64,000 bases of DNA from an uncultured Gammaproteobacteria bacterium (GTDB lineage Bacteria; Pseudomonadota; Gammaproteobacteria; CAWCPV01): contig CAWCPV010000003.1 of NCBI GenBank assembly GCA_963797555.1, positions 480,001-544,000 of the forward strand, in the 5' to 3' direction. Shown here in pieces: positions 35,373 through 45,141 of the stretch. Under the pieces are notes generated by a model, which was not told where the DNA came from, ran no database searches, and worked only from the letters and a program-made list of their open reading frames with translations. The position numbers and the translations under genes were made by a program. Numbering within the stretch: the stretch's first letter is position 1; the number at the start of each line of letters is the position of its first letter.

Positions 35373-37911
35373 TCATATCCCCAGCTTCACCGGCAGCTCA
35401 TCGGACTCGGCCAGCACCCCGTCCGTGCGAGCGTCGAGTACGACGACCCGGAGCGACTGGCAGGCGTCGTTGGTCAGCATCATGCCGACGCTCGCCTCGG
35501 CCCCCAGCGCCAGGGTGAGCGTGCCCTTCGAGCGGTCGAACTGTCCGCCGACCGCCATGCCCGCTCGACCGACCTCCTCCGCACCGGACATCAGCAGGAC
35601 CCGCAGCACGAGCGGCTCGGTGGCGAGCAGGTCACCCGCCGCGCCCAGCTTGAGGCCGAAGGTGCGGTTGGTCACCTTCGGCGGACAGCCCTCGATCCGG
35701 ACGTGCACGCCGGGCACTTCGGCCGGCTTGCCCGCCGCCATGCGCAGGCTGATGACCGGGACCGCCAGCTCCTGCAGGCTGAATCCGCCGTGATGGAAGC
35801 TCAGCCCCCCGCCCGCCTTGAATACCCCGAGCCCGGTCGGGAAGACGAAATCCAGATCCGTGTGGTAGCCGAGATCCGCCCCGGTCACCCGCACCGTGCC
35901 GGCCGGCGTGCTGCCCCCGTACCCGATCCAGCAGCGCCGGTGCAGGTCCAGGGTATCTCCGCCGGGGTTGTCGGTCTTCATGTCGTCGTCCTTGCGGATG
36001 GAGAACTGGTGACCGTGGTCGGCGGCGATGACGAAGTTCTCGATGCCCGCGGCGGCGAGCTTCTTCACCGCCCGCGCGAGGTTCCCGATGATGGCGTCCA
36101 TCACCTGCCGCGCCAGCAAGTCCCCGTCCATCTCCCCGACGAAGTCGATCTCCTGGGAACGGACCACGACCAACGATGCCTTGCCAATGTCCTTGGCAAC
36201 CTTGGACGGCGAGTTGCCGAGCAGCTTTCCCAGCGTCATCTCCACCACGTCCGGCACCTTGGCCTTGAGGAACTTGGTCCGTTCGTTCAGGCCCGGCATG
36301 TCCGTGCCCTCGATGCGCGCCGCGAGCCTTCCCTTGGCCTCCACCACGTCGAAGCTGGCCGAGGCCCCAGGCAGCAGCCCCGCCATGCCGACCGGCGTGA
36401 TGGACGGCAGCGCTGCGACCGCCGCCCGTACTGTGAGATCCTTCGCCCCTTCGATCTGGCGCGCCAGCTCCACGCCCATCTCGAAGCGCATGGCATCGAC
36501 GAAGAAATAGGCGACGCGGCCGCCCTTGGTCAGGACCACGTCGGAGTAGACGCGTGTCTGGTGCAGTGCCCGCGGCACGGTCCAGTGGGATTGTGGCAGC
36601 GCCTTGGCGAACCCGTCCGCCATCGCCCGCAGCAGGTGCTCGTGCTCGTGCCGGACCACCCCGAGCGCCTTCTCCGCCTCCGGCTCGTCGTCCATCTTGG
36701 CGACCCAGGTTTCCAGCCGCCGCTGCAAGGTGTCCGCCCTATGCCAGCCATCCTCGCCCGTATAGGCGGCGAACCACTTGGCCGGATCGCTCCCCATCTT
36801 GGTCAGCGCCGGGCGGATGCGCGCCAGCTCGCGCCCGAGCTCCGCCATCAGCCGGCAAGCCTCCCATTGGGCCTGACGCCGCACGTCGCGGTCCACCCAG
36901 AAGCTGTGACCGCGCTCGGTGATGACGTCCAACGCCGCGTCGTACTGCTTGTCGGCGACGAGCGCGCCCGCATGGCCGAGCAGCCGCTCCTCCTCGAACC
37001 GAAAGGTATCCACCGCACCCAGATGGACTGCATCCACATCTGCACTCGCGAGCCCGAGGTCCTGCTCCACCTTGTCGGCCAGCGCTACATAGGCATCTGG
37101 ATGGCGCCGTCGAAGGCCCTCCGCCACGTCGCGAATGCGCGCGGTCTGCTCCTTTCCGGGCACGCCGGGAACCATGCCGACGGACTTCGGGGGCTCGCAG
37201 GACAGATCGGCCCGGAACTCGTTGACCAACACGTAGCGCGAGGTCTTGTCGCGCGCCTCGGTCACTCCCGTGGCGTCCTGCAGCTCCAGACCCAGGCGGG
37301 CCCCGATCAGCTTGAGAAGCTCAGGGACAGCTTCCTTCTCGACCAAGGATGCGTCCTTCCCGTCGGAGGCGAACCACTCGGTAAGCAGCGCTTCGCCCTG
37401 GGCACCGCCGAACAGGCTGTGCAGCACCGACGCCACCTGGCCCCCTTCGCCCTGCGCCAAGAAGGCGACGATGTCGTCATAGGTCACCGACGCCGGCCGC
37501 AGCATGTCGTCGATCTGCCCGTCGGTGAAACGCTTGCGCAGCACATTCAGCGCCAGGCGCTTGAGCTGCGGCTCGTAGCAGGTGCCCGCCCTTTTCCAGC
37601 TCCATCAGCACCGAGCCCGCGCGGTCCCGTGCAACGCCCGGAAGATAGAGGATCAAGAGGTTCGGGCTTGTCCGCGGCCACGATGGGCTCGACCGCCGCA
37701 CGCAGGCCGAAGAAGGTTCCGTCGATAACGGGCCAGAAAGGCGGCTCGGTCTCCGATCGCTCACCCGTGGCAACACGCCGCCCTCTTGCGCTTCCAGCTC
37801 CCGGTCGAAGAACGGCTCGAACTCGCTCCGAGGGTCGTAAAAGACGACGACCGAGTGCTTCGCGAGAAGCTCGTCGAGGTGCTCGCAAAGGTAGTCGTGG
37901 AAGGGGTTCAC
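35373..37911 (-). CDS. pglZ: BREX PglZ phosphatase-domain protein (frameshifts in first about 350 bp)
   Basis: VVFYDP, FFVDAMRFEMG, LPSITPVGMA, AADHGH, FHHGGFSLQE. Confidence 0.9.
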
Positions 37912-37954
37912 GGGGTTCGATGCTCGCGATTCGGGACCAGGGTTCAGAAAGGAA

Positions 37955-38188
37955 TCACTCGCCCAAGGCGTCGAGAAAGCGCCGGATCAGCTCGGGGTGA
38001 TAGTGGATGCCCGTTTGGAGGGCGCGTTCGAGAAATGGCCTAACCTCGGAGATCACTCCCTCCCGTTTCGCCTTGCCCAATAGACCAAGCGCCCCGGTTA
38101 CTCTCAGCCCCACCGCGAGCGCCATGCGCCGCCCCTTCCACTCGTCGATGCAGACTTGCCCAATACCCTCGTCGATCCGGTTATCCAT
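37955..38188 (-). pseudogene. Internally deleted DUF3368 PIN-like toxin
   Basis: Only C-terminal CIDEWKGRRMA..GLRVTGALGLL part remains; compare full paralog at 44324. Confidence 0.75.
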
Positions 38189-38444
38189 GCCGAGCGAAAT
38201 CGATCTCTAGCTCCGCATCATCCGGCCGCAGATTGCTCATCGGAAACCCGATACGAGGCAGCGAGTAAAGAAAATCCACACGGCCCTTGCCACATAACTT
38301 GGCCGCTTGTCCGGAAGAGAGCTTACCCTGTTCGTAGAGCTGCGCCGCCAACAACAGACGAGCCTCATCGGCAAACTCCGCCGGGGACAAACCGAGGTTG
38401 ACGAGCACGTCATCGTCATAGTCGATGATTACTTGATGGGTCAT
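38181..38444 (-). CDS. UPF0175 family antitoxin
   Basis: LLAAQLYEQGKLSSGQAAKLCG..RVDFL. Confidence 0.88.
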   Translation of the reverse strand: MTHQVIIDYDDDVLVNLGLSPAEFADEARLLLAAQLYEQGKLSSGQAAKLCGKGRVDFLYSLPRIGFPMSNLRPDDAELEIDFARHG

Positions 38445-38445
38445 G

Positions 38446-38560
38446 TCAGGGTCCGGGGTTCAGGGGTCAGGGTTCGGTCGTGGGTCGTGGGTCCGTCAGT
38501 CGTCGGTCGTCGGTCGTCGGTCGTCGGTCGTCGGTCGTCGGTCGTCGGTCGTCGGTCGTC
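38446..38560. repeat. Compound heptamer array: GGGTTC(A/G)-type units then 8 perfect GTCGTCG units
   Basis: Read directly; perfect run at 38499-38560. Confidence 0.95.
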
Positions 38561-38641
38561 CGATAATAGCGCGTGCCGCGGCCTGCGCCGGTCCTGGTGA
38601 CCGAGCCGTCGGCGAGCAGGGCGCCGATGGCAGCGTGCCGG

Positions 38642-38917
38642 TCACTCACCGTCCCGTTCCTGGCCGCGCTCCAGCAAATCCAGGTCGGCTAGAATCTCGT
38701 CCGCGGTCTGCTGGAACGGCGTGACGCCGTATCTGCCAAGGGCATCGATGAACTCCGCGCGCGAGACCCCGGCGATCTCGGCGGCACGGCCCTGGCTGAT
38801 GCGCTCCAGCTCGTACCACTTCACGGCCGCGGCCATGCGCATCTCGCGAACGAACTCCTCGGGATCCTTGCGGACACTGGCCAGAACGCTGGGATCGATA
38901 TCGAAGGCTAGGTTCAT
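38642..38917 (-). CDS. UPF0175 family antitoxin (orphan)
   Basis: MAAAVKWYELERISQGRAAEIAGVSRAEFIDAL. Confidence 0.88.
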   Translation of the reverse strand: MNLAFDIDPSVLASVRKDPEEFVREMRMAAAVKWYELERISQGRAAEIAGVSRAEFIDALGRYGVTPFQQTADEILADLDLLERGQERDGE

Positions 38918-38997
38918 CGGGGGTTCCTCGGGTTCGGGGTTCAGTCGTCAGTCGTCAGTCGTCAGATGATAGCGAGTGCCGCGGTCTGGGTTCGGGG

Positions 38998-40335
38998 TCA
39001 GGGTTCGGCCTTCAGGAGTTCGGAGCTTGGGACGACCTCTGCTGAACCCTGACCCCTGGTGGACCCTGAACCTTGTACCCTTCTCCTCCCCGAACCCCGC
39101 ACCCTGGTCCCTGCCGGTGCGGGCGCCTCCAGGAGACTTTTCAGTGCATCCTTGACCGCGGCGGAGGTACGTTCGGCGATGAGTCGATCGATCTCATGTT
39201 GGGGGACCTTGCGGGGCGTCCACTTGCCGGGCTTCGCATTGAGCCCCGCGTCGTCGGTCTTCGGTCTTCGGTCGTCAGCAGAAGACGCCGACGACTGAGG
39301 ACTGACAACTGACGACTCCCCTGTCGACTGACGACTGAAGACTGACGCCTGACGACCGTCTTCCGGCTGACGCCTGACGACCGACGACTGATGACCCTTC
39401 TCCTCCCAGAATACGTCTTCCAGCCCATGCGCGATGGCGAGACTTCGATCCTTCGCGCACTTGGGCACGACCCGCTCGGGCCACAGGTGCATGGCGAGGT
39501 GCGCCCAGTCGTAGTCGCCGGCCACCAGCTTGTCCCAGCAGTCCTTGCACTCCCTCTGCCAGGCGCGGTGACGGGGCACCAGGCGCCACAGCGGCGAGAA
39601 GTTGATGATGACGCCGTCGTTGAGGTCCGGATTCCAGAGCGGAGCGACCCGGGCGACCTCCTCGCGGAAGGCACGCAGCTCCTCGACGAAGGTCTCCTGC
39701 TCCGCGATCTCCTTGCGCTGGCTCGCTGTCGGGTTGCCGCCGCCGTCCTGCACCAGGCCGCGTCAGCTTGCGCTCTTCGTGCTGGAGCTTGGGCGTCACG
39801 AAGTCGTTGAGGACCTGGTAGAAAGTGTCCTTGGTGAAGCGGTGGCAGTAGAGCCAGACCGAATAGCTTGCGCGACGGCGTGGTGAGCTGCCAGTAGATC
39901 GGCGCCTTGCGGCGGCTCTTGGAATAGCGCCGGATGTGCTCGGCGAAGAAGCTGCCGGCGAGCCAGCCCTGCAAGTCGTGGCCACGGGGGTCGAGGATCT
40001 CGGCGGCCTCCTGCCAGCGGGCGTCGGCGTCCTCGGCGAAGACGCATCGGAAGACCTGGCGTGCCCGGCCGGTGAGGTCGCGCCCATGGCCCGGGTCGTG
40101 CGACCAGGATGCCGTCCGCGGGGAAGTCGATGGGATAGCCGGGAGGCGGCCCCTCCAGCGGCAGCCCGTCGTCGCCCGTCAGCATGCCCGGCGAGCAGAC
40201 TGGCAGCGGATCGAAAGGCTCGGGCTCCACGGGCGCCGCCCGCTCGCCGGTGGCCAGCCGCAGGTCGAAGCGCCCCAATGCGACACCGACGAGCCAGTCC
40301 ATCAGCTCAGCGACGAGACCGGCGGGGTCGCTCAT
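38998..40335 (-). CDS. pglX: PglX C-terminal segment (frameshifted), separately initiated
   Basis: VGVALGRFDLR, YSKSRRKAPIYWQL, PDLNDGVIINFSPL, GDYDWAHLAM. Confidence 0.75.
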
Positions 40336-40568
40336 GCCACCTCGACCACCAGCCGGTGCCGGATGGCCGGCGCGGGCCGACCCAGCTTCTGCAGGCTCTC
40401 AAGGTGCAGGTCCAGCGCCTCGCAAGCGTGCGCGAAGGCCTCCGGAAGGGTGTCGCCGCTCGTGATGATCTCGGGGATATCCGGGAAGGTCACGCTGTAG
40501 GCCGGCTCCTGGGCCTCATAATCGACGGTGAAGACATAATCGCGATAGACATGGCGAGTGGTCATCAT
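40332..40568 (-). CDS. hicB: HicB-family antitoxin
   Basis: YSVTFPDIPEIITSGDTLPEA..HACEAL. Confidence 0.88.
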   Translation of the reverse strand: MMTTRHVYRDYVFTVDYEAQEPAYSVTFPDIPEIITSGDTLPEAFAHACEALDLHLESLQKLGRPAPAIRHRLVVEVA

Positions 40569-40801
40569 GGCTGCAGAAGCTCCAGAAGCTTACGAATGTC
40601 CGCGGGGTGGCAGTGAGCACGGCCGCCGTGGGGCCGCACCAGGGTCAGCAGCCGCCCGTCGGCGCGATGGTAGGTGCGGTGGCTGCCTCGGGCATTGAAG
40701 AGGACGAAGCCCTCGTAGCGCAGCAGCGCCTCGACCTCGGAGAACCGCACGGACCCGGGCGAGCGGCGCATGCGCTCGATGAGCTTCTCGCGTCGTGTCA
40801 A
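40565..40801 (-). CDS. hicA: HicA-family toxin
   Basis: VRFSEVEALL..EGF....RGSHRTY...PH. Confidence 0.85.
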   Translation of the reverse strand: MTRREKLIERMRRSPGSVRFSEVEALLRYEGFVLFNARGSHRTYHRADGRLLTLVRPHGGRAHCHPADIRKLLELLQP

Positions 40802-41856
40802 TCCAACTCCTCCCCGGCATCCTCATCGCCCCCGTCCCCAAGCTCCGCAGAGGCCAGCGCCGCGGCCCGGTCGGCCGTGGAGAAGCCGTAAAGATCGAAG
40901 CAGCGCTCGTCGATCTCCGCCTGAATGCGGGCGAGCTCGCCCTCGGTCTCCGCGACCCGGTCCGCCCAGGCCGCCCAACGCTCGCGAAGCCTCGCGCCCC
41001 CGACCTGCAAGAGGGCCGGCAGCACGAAGGCGTGGGAGGTCTGGGTGCGGGTGTCGAGGGAGCGCTTGAGGGACCAGGCGCGGCGGGAGAGGGTGGCGAG
41101 TGCGTTGGGTCGTCGTCAGCGTCGTCGGTCGTCGGTCGTCGGTCGTCAGCGGGGGGACGGGCGTGCTGCTGGATACCCCGACTTCGTAGGACTGCGCCAG
41201 CTCGACCGCCAACTGAAGCTCGACCAGCGCCCGGAAGGGCGGCTGTTGACCACCGCGAGCAGCGCGAGCAGGGTCTCCGGGTCGTCGCCCTCGACGAAGG
41301 CGGCCGGCCCCTTGTCCGCGAAGATGCAGCCCGCCGGCATCGCGCGGATGGAGAGGCCATTGGTCCGCCGCGGCCAGGTGAGGCCGGGGCGGAAGAAGCA
41401 GTCGACGTTCCGGGCGTTGCGAGTCCACTGTCCAGGATCGTCCAAAGAAGCTCGAAGTAAGTCTTCCTTCTGTCGGCTCCCAGTCAACCAGCCAGATACA
41501 CGTCGGCGTAGAAAGGGCTGAGAGCTCCGCCCTTGGCAAAAGGCACACCAACGTCCCTTCCCACGCAGGTAGCCCGGTCTCCCAGACCAAGGCGCAGAAA
41601 TCGAAAATCGTCCGCGCGTCGCCAGTCCCAGACTTCGCGTGTCGCTGTCCGCTGTCCTCAAAGTGGTGGCAAGTGTAGGAACAGTTCCTCGACTTCGATC
41701 GCTTACCCAGTACGCAAACGGTGAGCGCGGCACGGCGCGAAAGGACTCTGGATCGACATCGAACCGCTCCGAATGCGGTCGGGCGTTCTGATCGCCGTCG
41801 CGCAGCGCCGCCGCCTTGTCCTCGGCCTCGATGACGCGGAAGAAGGTCGCCTTCAT
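40798..41856 (-). CDS. pglX: PglX middle segment (target-recognition region; several frameshifts)
   Basis: VPRSPFAYW, FFRPGLTWPRRT, MPAGCIFADKGPAAF, EIDERCFDLYG; starts by ATGA overlap with the N-terminal part. Confidence 0.7.
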
Positions 41857-44115
41857 GCGCCTGTTCCTGAACCCTGCACCCCGAACCCTAACCGACCCTC
41901 CAAGCAATACGCCGCCGCCTCGACCATCGCATCGTCCATCACCCCGTAGCCGAGATCGGCGACGACGACCGGCGGGGCCTCCTTGAGGAGGATCTCCTCG
42001 CGCCAGCGTTGGAAGGAGGACAAGAAGAAGCCGGTCCGGGAGGTGATGGCGCCGAGGCGGCTCCGCGGGTGCAGCAGCCTGATGCCTCGTTCCACGAAGG
42101 CCGCGTACATGTCGTTCTTCGTGCGCGGCCAGGCGGATGACGCCCAGGAACGCACGCCTTCCGGGAATGCCCCGAATGGCGGATTCATGAGTACTACGTC
42201 GAAACGCAGAAGGCACAAGTCGATGAAGCCGAGCCCTCGCGCGGCGTCCTCGCTGAACAGGCGCCGCTGATAGGCTCGACCGTTCGAGGCGTGCTCGGCG
42301 TACGCACGAAGCGCGCGAAGGACTTCCTGCTCCGCCCTCCGCCAGCGCTCCTCGTCGAGTGTGCGAAAAAGCGTCCCATGCTCGCCGTGGATCTCCCGCA
42401 CGGCGTCGCGGATATCCTCCTCGATGCGCAGCAGGGAGCCCGCCTCGCCGGCAAGCTCCATACGCTCGAAGACGCGCGCGACGAGCTTTGCGAGGTCGGG
42501 ATCGAGGGCCGCGAGGAACTCTCGCCGCAGATCCGGCTCCCCGGGCATGGGCTCGGCCACGACGATATTGGTCTTCCGGATGGCGCGGCGCTTGCTGCGG
42601 CGCGATGCCGAAATCCTGATAGGCCCGCTGCGCCCGCATCCAGAGCGCCAAGGCGGCGATCTGCGCACAGCGGGCGTCGATGTCGATGCCGTGGAGGTTG
42701 TGCCTAAGGATGAGTCCCGGCAAGGCCAGGCGCAGGGCGTCGAGGTCCGGGTAGTCGTCGCGCAGGCGGCGCCCCGTCACCTCGGAGGCGGGCGAGTCCG
42801 AATCGGCCCAGGCCTCCTCGTAGATGACGAGCAGCAGGTCGAAGGCATAGAGCAGGAAGTGCCCCGATCCGCAGGCGGGGTCGAGGATCTTGAGGTCGCG
42901 GGGGTCTTTCTTCGGTCTTCGGTCGTCAGCGAATGCGTCGCCGGTCTTCAGTCGTCGGTCGTCAGCGGATGCGTCGTCTGTCTTCAGGCGTCTGTCATCA
43001 GCCGAGGAGTCTCCTGCTGACGACTGATGACTGACGACTGACGACACTTCCCCCGACGACTGACGACCGACGACTGACGACTGCTCCCCCGACGACTCTT
43101 CCCGCACCAGATAGTCCAGCTCACGGAGCCTGGTCTTGCCTTGCCGCATCTCGTACCAGATGCGTCCCAGCGTGTTGTCCGTGAGGAACTGGACCACATA
43201 GCGGGGGGTAAAGAACTGGTTCCGCACCGCAAGCTCGCGGGTGTTGCGCGGCGCCTGGCTTTCCGCGCGCATCTGCCGGCGCTCTTCGTCGCCGTTGAAG
43301 TACTGGTAGACCCAGCCGATGGTTTCGTCGAGCTGCCAGATGGTCGTCGGTCTTCGGTCATCGGTCGTCGGCCCCGGTCCTCCTGCCGACGACTGAAGAC
43401 TGACGACTGATGACAATCCCTCATCGTTCAGGATCCCCAACAGCTCCGCCAACGCCTGCCTCCGCGGCCACAGCAGGCTCGCCGGATCGCGCCGGTCGAA
43501 CAGCACCCGCACCTCGCGGCCGATTTCGTCGAACAGGCTCTCGATGTAGAGCCGGTAGCCGTGGTCCGGGAGTTGTACCAACCCCGGTGCCAGGCCGCAG
43601 AACTCCTTGAAGCCGGAGGATTGCTCGCCCCGGGAGATGCACTCCTGCACCAGCCCGCGAGCCTCGAGCATCTTCAGCGCCACGAACCGGTTCAGCGTGG
43701 TGAAGGCCGCCTCGCGCCGGAAGGCTGCAACTGCTTCGGAATAGTCATCAGTCGTCGGCCGTCTGTCGTCTTGGGGGAAGTCGTCAGTCGTCAGTCGTCG
43801 GTCGTCAGCGGTTCCATCGTCGGTTGTCGGTCGTCGCTCATCGGCGGGGGTGAGTTTGCTGACGACTGAAGGCCGATGACCGAAGACTGCCGACCGATGA
43901 CTGACGACCGACGACACCGCGTGCTCCACTGCGGCTACCAGCTTGCTCCGCACGACCCGCTGCGCCGCATCCAGATGGCTGCCAGGCTCGGCAGCGATGG
44001 TCCCGTCCAAGCGGATGTCGAAGACACCCTCCAATTGCTCCGCGAACTCCCGCTCCAGCAGCGCTCTGGCAGCCTGAGTAGCCTTTTGGATGCGGTTGCG
44101 GGTTTCTTTGTCCAT
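41853..44115 (-). CDS. pglX: PglX N6-adenine methyltransferase, N-terminal/catalytic part (frameshift near 42600)
   Basis: FTTLNRFVALK, IGWVYQYF, QFFTPRYVV, ILDPACGSGHF (motif I), MNPPF (motif IV). Confidence 0.9.
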
Positions 44116-44323
44116 TTGTCAGGGTGGGGTCGAGCGTGATAGTGCTCGGAATCACATGGGTTTGACTATTTGCACATAAGTACGCTCGCGGGCGAAAAAT
44201 TTACGGTCGCGATCATAAATTCGGCCTGCGCTTCTAGGCAGTGCCTCTGCCCTTGCGGCAGAGGTATAAGATGTCCGGCGCTGTCCTAGGCTCGCCTGAT
44301 AACACCTGAAACCCCGAACCCTG

Positions 44324-44812
44324 CTATTCACCGACCTCGCTCAACAGCCGCCGAACCAATTCGTCGGACGCGTACAAGCCAGTTGCAAGCAACCGTCTGA
44401 CGACCGGCTCCGCCCAATCAATCAATCCCCTTGCCTTCGCGCGCCCGACGATTCCCAGTGTGCCGATGACCGCCAAGCCCATGGCCATCGCACAGCGGCG
44501 ACCTTCGCGGTCGTCGATGACGACTCGCTCCGCGTGATGCGCAAGCGCATGGGCAATGACCTGGGTTTCGCCAGCACCCAAGTCCCAGCTAAGAATCTCT
44601 GGGGCTGCGCCCACGTCTTCGACGATGACAAAGGCCGGGGCGTGTGAGATCCCTTTGAGGATTGTGCGACCGTCGGGCTTGGCGCCCACCTCCTCCGCAA
44701 CGGACCTCGGAACGTCGACCCGTTCGGCCATTTTGCCCAGTAGCCCGAGGGTTGCCGCCTTGCCGAGCAAGATCAGCGGCGAGGCGTTAACGACCCAGCG
44801 CTTAGACTCCAT
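44324..44812 (-). CDS. DUF3368 PIN-like toxin
   Basis: WVVNASPLILL, DLGAGETQVI, VIDDREGRRCA, VIGTLGIV. Confidence 0.9.
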   Translation of the reverse strand: MESKRWVVNASPLILLGKAATLGLLGKMAERVDVPRSVAEEVGAKPDGRTILKGISHAPAFVIVEDVGAAPEILSWDLGAGETQVIAHALAHHAERVVIDDREGRRCAMAMGLAVIGTLGIVGRAKARGLIDWAEPVVRRLLATGLYASDELVRRLLSEVGE

Positions 44813-45056
44813 GGATCTCGTCCGCCAACTCGTCGGGTGCGACCTGGCAGGCCGGGACCTTGCGCCGGTAAAGCTCATCCAGGAACTCGGCTCTTGTCAG
44901 GTCAGCAAGCTCCGCCGCCTTTCCCTGAGACACGATCCCCTGCGCATACCATTGCACCGCCGCGGCGATTCGCATCTCGCGGGCAAATTCGGCGGGCGCC
45001 AGCCGGAGAGCACCGAATGCCGAGGCGTCGAAGTCGAAGCTGATCGTAGTGGTCAT
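44802..45056 (-). CDS. UPF0175 family antitoxin
   Basis: AAAVQWYAQGIVSQGKAAELADLTRAEFL; overlaps toxin start. Confidence 0.88.
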   Translation of the reverse strand: MTTTISFDFDASAFGALRLAPAEFAREMRIAAAVQWYAQGIVSQGKAAELADLTRAEFLDELYRRKVPACQVAPDELADEIHGV

Positions 45057-45141
45057 GAGTCACCTCAAGGTTCTGGGGGCTGGGTACAGGGTGCAGCAGG
45101 AGTCGGCGGAAGGCCAGCTCCTGAACCCCGAACCCTGCACC

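Noticed and set aside
35194-35376. Short ORFs made of SSVVGRQ/TTDDR repeats (also 38307..38600, 38443..38724)
   Set aside because: By-products of heptamer arrays that lack stops; no evidence they are genes
38446-38560. Possible CRISPR array
   Set aside because: Contiguous 7-bp units with no spacers and no cas genes
44130-44300. AT-richer spacer upstream of pglX
   Set aside because: Could be a promoter or gene remnant, but I could not support any specific call
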